64,000 nucleotides of DNA from Eimeria praecox. Taxonomy: Eukaryota. Location of the stretch: NCBI GenBank assembly GCA_963920595.1, contig OY986948.1:2170001-2234000 (forward strand), read 5' to 3'. Under the pieces are notes generated by a model. That model worked only from the letters and a program-made list of their open reading frames with translations. It was not told the DNA's origin and ran no database searches. Below are positions 1 to 13,400 of this stretch, in pieces; position 1 is the first letter of the stretch; each line of letters begins with the position of its first letter. The position numbers and the translations under genes were made by a program.

Positions 1-3000
1 GGAAGAAGTATATCCTTCAAATCAGATCGAAGACATCTGTAAACTCACCAATCCAAGAAGCCCGTCATCAAAGAGCGAGTTTAACCCATACACCAATGCA
101 TGTGAATCTGTGTAGAAGGATAGATAAGGAAACCACTGGCAGATATCATCTCCCACACTTGCGGGAAGGCTCACTTTCTGCAAGTAAGACACCGCACAAA
201 CCCCATCCAAGCCAAGAATACAATGCAATGCATGCATCCGTATGAATCTGCTAGTTCAACAATGCAGCAATGCATATAATAAATCCTTCGAATCAAATCA
301 AAAATATTAGATAAACTCGCCGATACAATAAACCCAGCGAAATGGTAGTTCAGTGGATTTTACACCACTGCATGGGAATCTGTGTCGAAGGACAAGGAAG
401 ACACTGACACATGCCATCTCTCTCGCATGGGCAAAAACGCTTACTGGCTGCAAGTCAGTCATCGCTCATGCTCCATCCAAGCCAAAATACAATGCAGTGC
501 ATGCCCTTCAAAGAATATGCCTGTTCAAGCATGCAGCAGTGCAGGAAGAAGTATATCCTTCAAATCAGATCAAAGACATTTGTAAACTCACCAATCCAAG
601 AAGCCCGTCGAAAAGCGAGTTTAACCCATACACCAATGTATGTGAATCTGCGTCGAAGGATAGATAAGGAAACCACTGGCAGATATATCATCTCCTACAC
701 TTGCGGGAAGGCTCACTCTCTGCAAGTAAGAAAGCGCACAAACCCCATCCAATACAAAAATACAATGCAATGCATGCGGAGGTATGAATCTGCCAGTTCA
801 ACAATGCAGCAGTGCATCTAATAAATCCTTCGAATCAGATCAAAGATAAACTCGCCGATACAATAAACAAACCAAAATGCTAGTTTTAGCGGATTTTATA
901 CCACTGCATGTGAAACTTTGTCGAAGGAGAATGTAGCCACTGGCACAGGCCATGTCTATCCCGCATGGGCAAAAAAAAAGCTTACTGCCTGGAAGTCATT
1001 CATCGCGTAAACACCATCCAAGCCAAAATACAATGCAGTGCATCCCTTCCTAAGAATCTGGCTGTTCAAGGGTGCAGCAATGCATCTAATAAAACCTTCA
1101 AATCAGATCAAAAATATTAGATAAACTCGGCGATACAATAAACCCACCGAAATGGTAGTTTCAGTGGATTCTACAACCACTGCATGTTAATCTGTGTCGA
1201 AGGACAAAGAAGCCACTACCACATGCCATATTTATCTCTTATGGCGAAAAGAGCTTACTCCCTGCAAGCCATTCATCGCACAAACCCCATCCAAGCCAAA
1301 ATACAATGCAATGCATGCCCTTCTGTGAACCTGCCCGTTCAACCATGCAGTAATGCATCAAGAAATAAATCCATCGTATCAGATCAAAAATATTAGTTAA
1401 CTCGCCGATACAATAAACCCACCGAAATGTCCGTTCGGGCGACGTTCGCAACCACTACGTGTGAATCTGTATCGAAGGACTAGGAAGACACTACCACATG
1501 TTATATCTCTCTCGCATGCGCAAAAGGACCTTACTGTCTGCAAGCCATTGACCGCTCAAACCCCACCCAATACAAAAATACAATGCAATGCATGCTTCCA
1601 AAGAATCTGGCTGTTCAAGCATGCAGCAATGCATCTAATAAATCTTTCAAATCAGATCAAAAATACTAGTTAACTCGCCCATACAAAAAAACATACCAAA
1701 ATCCTAGTTTCAGTGGATTCTACAACCACTGCATGTTAATCTGTGTTGACGGACAAAGAAGCCACTGGCACTTGTCATATTTATCTCGCATGGGCAAAAG
1801 GAGCTTACGTCCTGCAAGCCATTCATCGCACAAACCCCATCCAAGCCAAAATACAATGCAGTGCATGCATTCCTATAAATATGCCTGTCAAGCACGCAGC
1901 AGTGCAGGAAGAAGTATATCCTTCAAATCAGATCGAAGACATCTGTAAACTCACCAATCCAAGAAGCCCGTCATCAAAGAGCGAGTTTAACCCATACACC
2001 AATGCATGTGAATCTGTGTAGAAGGATAGATAAGGAAACCACTGGCAGATATCATCTCCCACACTTGCGGGGAAGGCTCACTTTCTGCAAGTAAGACACC
2101 GCACAAACCCCATCCAATACAAAAATACATATGAATATGCCTGTTCAAGCATGCAGCAGTGCATCAAGAAGTATATCCTTCAAATCCGATCAAGGACATC
2201 TGTAAACTCACCAATCCAAGAAGCCCGTCGAAAAGCGAGTTTAACCCATACATCAATGCATGTGAGTCTGTGTAGAAGGATAGATAAGGAAACCACTGGC
2301 TGATTTCATCTCCCACACGTGCGGGGAAGGCTCACTTTCTGCAATTACGACACCGCACAAGCCACATCCAATACAAAAATACAATGCAATGCATGCATAG
2401 GTATGAATCTGCCAGTTCAACAATGCAGCAATGCATCTAATAAATCCTTCGAATCAGATCAAAAATATTAGTCAACTCGCCCATACAAAAAACACACCAA
2501 AATCCTAGTTTCAGTGGATTCTACAACCACTGAATGTTAATCTGTGTCGAAGGACAAAGAAGCCACTGGCACATGTCATATTTATCTCTTATGGCGAAAA
2601 GAGCTTACTCCCTGCAAGCCATTCATCGCACAAACCCCATCCAAGCCAAAATACAATGCAATGCATGTCCTTCTGTGAACCTGTCCGTTCAAGCACGCAG
2701 CAATGCATCAAGAAGTAAATCCGTCGTATCAGATCAAAAATATTAGTTATCTCGCCGATACAATAAACCCAAAGAAATGCCCGTTCCGGCGACGTTCGCA
2801 ACCACTACGTGTGAATCTGTATCGAAGGACTAGGAAGACACTACCACATGTTATATCTCTCTCGCATGCGCAAAAGGACCTTACTGTCTGCAAGCCATTG
2901 ACCGCTCAAACCCCACCCAATACAAAAATACAATGCAATGCATGCTTCCAAAGAATCTGGCTGTTCAAGCATGCAGCAATGCATCTAATAAATCTTTCAA

Positions 3001-6000
3001 ATCAGATCAAAAATACTAGTTAACTCGCCCATACAAAAAAACATACCAAAATCCTAGTTTCAGTGGATTCTACAACCACTGCATGTTAATCTGTGTTGAC
3101 GGACAAAGAAGCCACTGGCACTTGTCATATTTATCTCGCATGGGCAAAAGGAGCTTACGTCCTGCAAGCCATTCATCGCACAAACCCCATCCAAGCCAAA
3201 ATACAATGCAGTGCATGCATTCCTATAAATATGCCTGTCAAGCACGCAGCAGTGCAGGAAGAAGTATATCCTTCAAATCAGATCGAAGACATCTGTAAAC
3301 TCACCAATCCAAGAAGCCCGTCATCAAAGAGCGAGTTTAACCCATACACCAATGCATGTGAATCTGTGTAGAAGGATAGATAAGGAAACCACTGGCAGAT
3401 ATCATCTCCCACACTTGCGGGAAGGCTCACTTTCTGCAAGTAAGACACCGCACAAACCCCATCCAAGCCAAGAATACAATGCAATGCATGCATCCGTATG
3501 AATCTGCTAGTTCAACAATGCAGCAATGCATATAATAAATCCTTCGAATCAAATCAAAAATATTAGATAAACTCGCCGATACAATAAACCCAGCGAAATG
3601 GTAGTTCAGTGGATTTTACACCACTGCATGGGAATCTGTGTCGAAGGACAAGGAAGACACTGACACATGCCATCTCTCTCGCATGGGCAAAAACGCTTAC
3701 TGGCTGCAAGTCAGTCATCGCTCATGCTCCATCCAAGCCAAAATACAATGCAGTGCATGCCCTTCAAAGAATATGCCTGTTCAAGCATGCAGCAGTGCAG
3801 GAAGAAGTATATCCTTCAAATCAGATCAAAGACATTTGTAAACTCACCAATCCAAGAAGCCCGTCGAAAAGCGAGTTTAACCCATACACCAATGTATGTG
3901 AATCTGCGTCGAAGGATAGATAAGGAAACCACTGGCAGATATATCATCTCCTACACTTGCGGGAAGGCTCACTCTCTGCAAGTAAGAAAGCGCACAAACC
4001 CCATCCAATACAAAAATACAATGCAATGCATGCGGAGGTATGAATCTGCCAGTTCAACAATGCAGCAGTGCATCTAATAAATCCTTCGAATCAGATCAAA
4101 GATAAACTCGCCGATACAATAAACAAACCAAAATGCTAGTTTTAGCGGATTTTATACCACTGCATGTGAAACTTTGTCGAAGGAGAATGTAGCCACTGGC
4201 ACAGGCCATGTCTATCCCGCATGGGCAAAAAAAAAGCTTACTGCCTGGAAGTCATTCATCGCGTAAACACCATCCAAGCCAAAATACAATGCAGTGCATC
4301 CCTTCCTAAGAATCTGGCTGTTCAAGGGTGCAGCAATGCATCTAATAAAACCTTCAAATCAGATCAAAAATATTAGATAAACTCGGCGATACAATAAACC
4401 CACCGAAATGGTAGTTTCAGTGGATTCTACAACCACTGCATGTTAATCTGTGTCGAAGGACAAAGAAGCCACTACCACATGCCATATTTATCTCTTATGG
4501 CGAAAAGAGCTTACTCCCTGCAAGCCATTCATCGCACAAACCCCATCCAAGCCAAAATACAATGCAATGCATGCCCTTCTGTGAACCTGCCCGTTCAACC
4601 ATGCAGTAATGCATCAAGAAATAAATCCATCGTATCAGATCAAAAATATTAGTTAACTCGCCGATACAATAAACCCACCGAAATGTCCGTTCGGGCGACG
4701 TTCGCAACCACTACGTGTGAATCTGTATCGAAGGACTAGGAAGACACTACCACATGTTATATCTCTCTCGCATGCGCAAAAGGACCTTACTGTCTGCAAG
4801 CCATTGACCGCTCAAACCCCACCCAATACAAAAATACAATGCAATGCATGCTTCCAAAGAATCTGGCTGTTCAAGCATGCAGCAATGCATCTAATAAATC
4901 TTTCAAATCAGATCAAAAATACTAGTTAACTCGCCCATACAAAAAAACATACCAAAATCCTAGTTTCAGTGGATTCTACAACCACTGCATGTTAATCTGT
5001 GTTGACGGACAAAGAAGCCACTGGCACTTGTCATATTTATCTCGCATGGGCAAAAGGAGCTTACGTCCTGCAAGCCATTCATCGCACAAACCCCATCCAA
5101 GCCAAAATACAATGCAGTGCATGCATTCCTATAAATATGCCTGTCAAGCACGCAGCAGTGCAGGAAGAAGTATATCCTTCAAATCAGATCGAAGACATCT
5201 GTAAACTCACCAATCCAAGAAGCCCGTCATCAAAGAGCGAGTTTAACCCATACACCAATGCATGTGAATCTGTGTAGAAGGATAGATAAGGAAACCACTG
5301 GCAGATATCATCTCCCACACTTGCGGGGAAGGCTCACTTTCTGCAAGTAAGACACCGCACAAACCCCATCCAATACAAAAATACATATGAATATGCCTGT
5401 TCAAGCATGCAGCAGTGCATCAAGAAGTATATCCTTCAAATCCGATCAAGGACATCTGTAAACTCACCAATCCAAGAAGCCCGTCGAAAAGCGAGTTTAA
5501 CCCATACATCAATGCATGTGAGTCTGTGTAGAAGGATAGATAAGGAAACCACTGGCTGATTTCATCTCCCACACGTGCGGGGAAGGCTCACTTTCTGCAA
5601 TTACGACACCGCACAAGCCACATCCAATACAAAAATACAATGCAATGCATGCATAGGTATGAATCTGCCAGTTCAACAATGCAGCAATGCATCTAATAAA
5701 TCCTTCGAATCAGATCAAAAATATTAGTCAACTCGCCCATACAAAAAACACACCAAAATCCTAGTTTCAGTGGATTCTACAACCACTGAATGTTAATCTG
5801 TGTCGAAGGACAAAGAAGCCACTGGCACATGTCATATTTATCTCTTATGGCGAAAAGAGCTTACTCCCTGCAAGCCATTCATCGCACAAACCCCATCCAA
5901 GCCAAAATACAATGCAATGCATGTCCTTCTGTGAACCTGCCCGTTCAACCATGCAGTAATGCATCAAGAAGTAAATCCGTCGTATCAGATCAAAAATATT

Positions 6001-7430
6001 AGTTATCTCGCCGATACAATAAACCCAAAGAAATGCCCGTTCCGGCGACGTTCGCAACCACTACGTGTGAATCTGTATCGAAGGACTAGGAAGACACTAC
6101 CACATGTTATATCTCTCTCGCATGCGCAAAAGGACCTTACTGTCTGCAAGCCATTGACCGCTCAAACCCCACCCAATACAAAAATACAATGCAATGCATG
6201 CTTCCAAAGAATCTGGCTGTTCAAGCATGCAGCAATGCATCTAATAAATCTTTCAAATCAGATCAAAAATACTAGTTAACTCGCCCATACAAAAAAACAT
6301 ACCAAAATCCTAGTTTCAGTGGATTCTACAACCACTGCATGTTAATCTGTGTTGACGGACAAAGAAGCCACTGGCACTTGTCATATTTATCTCGCATGGG
6401 CAAAAGGAGCTTACGTCCTGCAAGCCATTCATCGCACAAACCCCATCCAAGCCAAAATACAATGCAGTGCATGCATTCCTATAAATATGCCTGTCAAGCA
6501 CGCAGCAGTGCAGGAAGAAGTATATCCTTCAAATCAGATCAAAGACATCTGTAAACTCACCAATCCAAGAAGCCCGTCATCAAAGAGCGAGTTTAACCCA
6601 TACACCAATGCATGTGAATCTGTGTAGAAGGATAGATAAGGAAACCACTGGCAGATATCATCTCCCACACTTGCGGGGAAGGCTCACTTTCTGCAAGTAA
6701 GACACCGCACAAACCCCATCCAATACAAAAATACATATGAATATGCCTGTTCAAGCATGCAGCAGTGCATCAAGAAGTATATCCTTCAAATCCGATCAAG
6801 GACATCTGTAAACTCACCAATCCAAGAAGCCCGTCGAAAAGCGAGTTTAACCCATACATCAATGCATGTGAGTCTGTGTAGAAGGATAGATAAGGAAACC
6901 ACTGGCTGATTTCATCTCCCACACGTGCGGGGAAGGCTCACTTTCTGCAATTACGACACCGCACAAGCCACATCCAATACAAAAATACAATGCAATGCAT
7001 GCATAGGTATGAATCTGCCAGTTCAACAATGCAGCAATGCATCTAATAAATCCTTCGAATCAGATCAAAAATATTAGTCAACTCGCCCATACAAAAAACA
7101 CACCAAAATCCTAGTTTCAGTGGATTCTACAACCACTGAATGTTAATCTGTGTCGAAGGACAAAGAAGCCACTGGCACATGTCATATTTATCTCTTATGG
7201 CGAAAAGAGCTTACTCCCTGCAAGCCATTCATCGCACAAACCCCATCCAAGCCAAAATACAATGCAATGCATGTCCTTCTGTGAACCTGTCCGTTCAAGC
7301 ACGCAGCAATGCATCAAGAAGTAAATCCGTCGTATCAGATCAAAAATATTAGTTATCTCGCCGATACAATAAACCCAAAGAAATGCCCGTTCCGGCGACT
7401 TTCGCACCCCTGCGTGTGAATCTGAATCGA
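1..7430. repeat. Near-identical higher-order repeats of 3256 bp (12 monomers) and 1350 bp (5 monomers)
   Basis: Identical ORF-track peptides recur at offsets of 3256 (353/3609, 1184/4440) and 1350 (1733/3083; near-identical at 5790/7140). Cassette positions follow the same offsets (175/3431, 1259/2609). Confidence 0.95.
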
Positions 7431-10400
7431 AGGACTAGGAAGACACTACCACACGTTATATCTCTCACATGGGCAAAAGGAGCTTACTAGCTGCAAGTCA
7501 TTGACCGCTCAAACCCCACCCAATACAAAAAATACAATGCAATGCATGCTTCCAAAGAATCTGGCTGTTCAAGCATGCAGCAATGCATCTAATAAATCCT
7601 TCGAATCAGATCAAAAATATTAGTTAACTCGCCCATACAAAAAACACACCAAAATCCTAGTTTCAGTGGATTCTACAACCACTGCATGCTAATCTGTGCC
7701 GAAGGACAAAGAAGCCACTGGCACATGTCATATTTATCTCGCATGGGCAGAAGGAGCTTACTCCCTGCAAGCCATTCATCGCACAAACCCCATCCAAGTC
7801 AAAATACAATGCAATGCATGCCCTTCTGTGAACCTGCCCGTTCAAGCATGCAGCAATACACCAAGGAATAAATCCGTCGTATTAGATCAAAAATATTAGT
7901 TTACTCGCCGATACAATAAACCCACCGAAACGTCCGTTCGGGCGACTTTCGCACCACTGCGTGCGAATCTGTATCGAAGGACTAGGAAGACACTACCACA
8001 TATTATATCTCTCACATGGGCAAAAGGAACTTACTAGCTGCAAGTGATTGATCGCGCAAACCCCATCCAATACAAAAATACACTGTCTGTTCAAGCATGC
8101 AGCAATGCATCTAATAAAACCTTCAAATCAGATCGAAAATATTAGCTAACCCGCCCATATAAAAAACACAACAAAGTGCTAATTGCAGCAGATTTTACAC
8201 CCACTGCATGTGAATCGAAGGAGAAGGAAGCCACTGGCAGATATCATCTCGCGCGCTTGAGGGTAAAGCTCACTTTCTGCAAGTGAGACATCGCACAAAC
8301 CCCACCCGATACAAAAATACAATTCAATGCATGCCTTTATAGGTATATGCACGCTCAGCGGTGCAGCCGTGGAGCAAGAAACAAATCTGTCGTATCAGAT
8401 TAAAAATATTAGTTAATTCGCCGATACAACAAACCCACAGAAATGCTAGTTTCAGCAAAATTTGCACCACTACATGTGAATATGTGTCGAGGACAAGGAA
8501 GCCACTACCACATGCCATACTTATCGCTGATGCGCAAAGGGAGCTTACTCCCTGCAAGTCATTCATCGCTCAAACCCCACCCACGCCCAAATACAATGCA
8601 ATGCATGCCCTCTGAACCTGCATGTTCAAAGATGCACCAATGCAGCAAGAAGTATAACCTTCAAATCAGATCAAAAATATTAATTAACTTGCCGATACAA
8701 CAAACCCACTGAAATGCTCGTTCCGGCCATTTTTATACCCCTCTATGTGAATCTATGTCGACGGTCAAGGATGCCACTGGCACATTTCATACCTATCTCG
8801 TCTGGGCAAAAAAAATACTTACAACCTGCAAGTCAGTCATCGCTCAAGCCCCATGAAATATAGAAATACAATGTAAAGCATATCCTGTGAACCTGCACGT
8901 TCAAATATGCACCAATACAGCAAAAAATATATCCTTCAAATCAGATCAAAAATATTAATTAACTCGCCAATACAAGAAAGCGACGGAAATGTTAGTTTGA
9001 GCGGAGTCTACATCACCGCATGCCAGTTTGTGTCGACGGACAAGGAAGCCATTGGAACATGCCATCTATCTATCTCCCATGGGCAAAAAGCCTTACTGCC
9101 TGCAAGTCACTCAGCACTCAAACCCGATGCAATACAAAAATACAATGCAATGCATGCCTTTCCAAGAATCTGCCTGTCCAAAGAAGCAGCAGTGCAGCAA
9201 AGAATATATCCCTCAAATCGGATCAAAGGCATCTGTAAACTCACCAATCCAACAAACCCGCCGAAAAGCGGGTTAAAGTCATATACCACTGCATGTGAAT
9301 CTGTGCCTAAGGACAAGGAAGCCACTGGCACACGTCATATCTCTCGAGAATGGGCAAAAAAAGCTTACTCCCTGCAAGCCATTCATCGCACAAACCCCAT
9401 CCAAGCGAAAATACAAAGAAGTGCATTCCTATCACAGATGCAGCAATGCACCTAATAAAGCCTTCGAATCAGATCAAAAATATTAGTTAACTCGCCCATA
9501 CAAAAAACACACCAAAATGCTAGTTCCAGTGGATTCTACACCACTGCATGTGAATCTGGGTCGAAGGACAAGGAAGCCCCTACCACATGTCATATATCTA
9601 TCGCATCGGCAAGAAGAGCTTACTGTCTGCAAGACATTCATTGCTCAAACCCCATCCAACACTAAAATACAACGCAATGCATGGCTTTGTGGATCTTCCC
9701 GGTCCAGGATGCAGCCATGGAAGAACAAGCATGTCCTGCAAATCGGAGCAAAGCTATGTGTAAAATCACCAATCCATGAAACCCACCGGAAAGCGAGTTT
9801 AAGCCATACTGCATGTGAGACTGTGTCGAAGGACAAAGAAGCCACTGGCACATGCCAGATCTATTTCGCATGGGCAAAAACACTTACTACCTGCAAGCCA
9901 GTCATCCCATAAACCCTACCCAATATAAAAATACAATGTAATGCATGCCTCAGAATCTGCCTGTTTAAGGATGCAACAATGTAGCAAGAAATGTATCCTT
10001 CGAATCAGATCAAAAATACTAATTAACTCGCCGAAACAACAAACCAACGGAAATGCTAGTTTCAGCGGATTTCACATCACCGCATGTGAATCTTTGTCGA
10101 AAGACAAGGAATCCATTGACACATGTTATGCCCATCTCTCATCGGCAAAAAAAGCTTACTGCCTGCAAGGCATTCACGGCTCAACTCCCATCCAATACTA
10201 AAGTACAATTCAATGCATGCCTTTCTAGCTATATGCACGCTCATCGATGCAGCCGTGCAGCAAGAAACAAATCCGTCGATCAGAGTAAAAATATTAGATA
10301 ACTCGCCGATACAACAAACGAACGGAAATGCTAGATTCAGCAAATTCTACACCACTGCATGTGAATAAGTGTCGAAGGACAAGGAAGTCGCTGGCACATG

Positions 10401-13400
10401 CCGTATCTATCGCGCATGGGCAAAATGCTTACTTCCTGCAAGTGAAACATAGCTCAAACCCCACCGAAGCCAAAATACAATGCAATGCATGTCCTCTGAA
10501 CCTGCATGTTCAAAGATGCACCAATGCAGCAAGAAACATATCCTTCAAATCAGATCGAAAATTAACTCGCCGATCCAATTAACCCATCGAAATGCTCGTC
10601 CCGGCGATTTTTACACAACTGCAAGTGAATCTGTGTCGATGGACAAGGGAGCCACTGGCGGATGCCATATCTATCTCGCGTGGGCAAAAAGACTTACTAC
10701 CTGCAAGTCAGCCATCGCACAAACCCCAACCAATATAAAAGTACAATGTAATGGATGTCCTCCTGTGAATCTGCACGTTCAAAGATGCACCAATGCAGCA
10801 AGAAATATATCCCCCAAATCGGATCCACAATATTAATTAACTCGCCGATACAACAAAGCGACGGAAATGCTACTTGTAGCAGGTTTTACACAACTGCGTG
10901 CGAATCCGTGTCGACGGCCAAGGAAGCCACTGGAGCACGTCATATCTATCTCGCATGGGCAAAAATAGCTTACTGCCTGAAAGTCATTCAGCACTTAAAC
11001 CCCATCCAATACAAAAATACAATGCAATGCATGCCTTTCTAGAGCCTGCCTGTTCAAAGACGCAGCACTGCAGCAAAGAAGTATATCCTTCAAATCAGAT
11101 CAAAGGCACCTGTAAACTAACTAACCCAACATGCCTGTCGAAAAGCGAGTTTAACCTGTACAGCAATGCATGTGAATCTGTGTCGAAGGATAAGGAAACC
11201 ACTGGCAGATATCATCTCCCACACTTGCGGGGAAGGCTCACTCTCTGCAAGTAAGACACCGCACAAACCCCATCCAAGCCAAGAATACAATGCAATGCAT
11301 GCATTCGTATGAATCTTCCAGTTCAACAATGCAGCAAAGCATCTAATAAATCCTTCGAATCAAATCAAAAATATTAGATAAACTCGGCGATACAATAAAC
11401 CCACCAAAATGCTAGTTTCAGTGGATCTTACACCACTGCATGGGAATCTGTGTCGAAGGATAAGGAAACCACTTCCACATGCTATATCTCGCATGGGCAA
11501 AAGGAGCTTACTCCCTGCAAGGCATTCATCGCTCGAACCCCATCCAATACAAAAATACAATGCAATGCATGCCTTTCTGTGAACTTGCCCGACCCAGGAT
11601 GCAGCTGCACAACAGAGCAAAGTTATGTGTAAACTCACCAATCCATGAAATCCGCCGGAAAGCGAGTTCAAGCCATGCATCACTGCATGTGTGACTCTGT
11701 AGAGGGACAAGGAAGCCATGGGCGCATGTCAAATCTATCTCGCATGGACAAAAAAAACTTACTACCTGCAAGTCATTCATCGCGCAAACCCCATCCAAAG
11801 AAAAATGCAATGTATTGCATGTCTTTCTGTGAACCAGCGCGTTCAAAGGCCCACCAATGCAGCAAGATCAAAAATATTAGTTAACTCGTCGATATAAGAA
11901 ACCAACCGAAATGTTCAGCAGGTTTTACACGACTCCGTGAGAATCTGTGTCGACGGATAAAGAAGGCACTGGAACATGTCATACCTATCTCGCATGGGCA
12001 AAAAAACTTACTGCCTGCAAGGCATTCACCGCTCAAACCCCATCCGATACAAAAATACAATGCAATGCATCCATTTCTAAGAATATGCCTGTTCAATGAT
12101 GCAGCGAAGTAGCAAGGAATATATCCTTCAAATCAGACCAAAGGCATCTGTAAACTCACCAATCCAAGAAACCCGCCGAAAAGCTAGTTTAAGCCATAAA
12201 CCACTGCATGTGAATGTATGTCGAAGGCTAAGGAAGCCTCTGGCCCACGCCAGATCTATATCACATGGACAAAAAAGGCTTACTCCCTGCAAGTCATTCA
12301 TCGCTCAAACCCCACCCAAGACCAAAATACAATGCAGTGCATGCCTTCCTATCAATCTGCCTGTTCAAGGATGCAGCAATGCAGCCAGGAATAAATGCGT
12401 CGAATCAGATCAAAAATATTTGCTAATCTGCTGATAGAAAAAACCCACCGAGATGTCTCTTTCAGCGGATTTTACATCAATGAATTCGAATCGGTGTCGA
12501 GGACAAGCAATCCACTGGCACATGTCAGATCTATCTCCTATGGGCAAAAGGAGCTTACCCGCTGCACGTCATTCATCGCCCAAACCCCAAGCAATATAAA
12601 AATACAATGTAATACATGTCCTTCTGTGAACCAGCACGTTCAAAGATGCACCAATGCAGCAAGAAATATATCCTTCAAATCAGATCAAAAATATTAATTA
12701 ACTCGCCGCTACAACAAGCCGACGGAAATGCTAGTTTCAGAGGATTCTACACCACTGCGTGCGAATCTGTCATGGAAGCCACTGGGACACGTACCTATCT
12801 CGCATGGGCAAAAAAATGCTTACGATCTGCAAGTCATTGATCGCTCAAAATCCATCCAATACAAAAATACAATGCAATGCATGCTTTCCTATGAATCTGC
12901 TTGTTCAAAGACGCAGCAATGCATCAAGAAATAAATCCGTTGTATCAGATCAAAAATATTAGCTAACTCGCAGATACAACAAACATGCCGAAATGCTCGT
13001 TTCAGCGGAATTTGCACCACTGCATGTGAATCTTTGCCGAAGGACAAGGAAGCCACTGGCACATGACATCTCTCTCCTGCAGGGGAAAAAAGCTCTTACT
13101 CCCTGCAAGCCATTCATCGCCCAAAACCCATCCAATACAAAAATAGAAGGCAATGCACGTCTTTGTGAAATTGCCTGTTCAAAGCCCGAGCAGTGGAGCA
13201 AGAAATATATCCTTCAAATCAGATCAAAATTATTTAACTCGCCGATACAACAAACCCACCGACATCCTAGTTCTAGCGGATTTTACATCACTGCATGTGA
13301 ATCTGTGTCGAAGCACAAGGAAGCCACTGGTACATGCCATGTCTATCTCGCATGGGCAAAACAAGCTTACTCCCTGGAAGTCATACAACGCTCAAACCGC

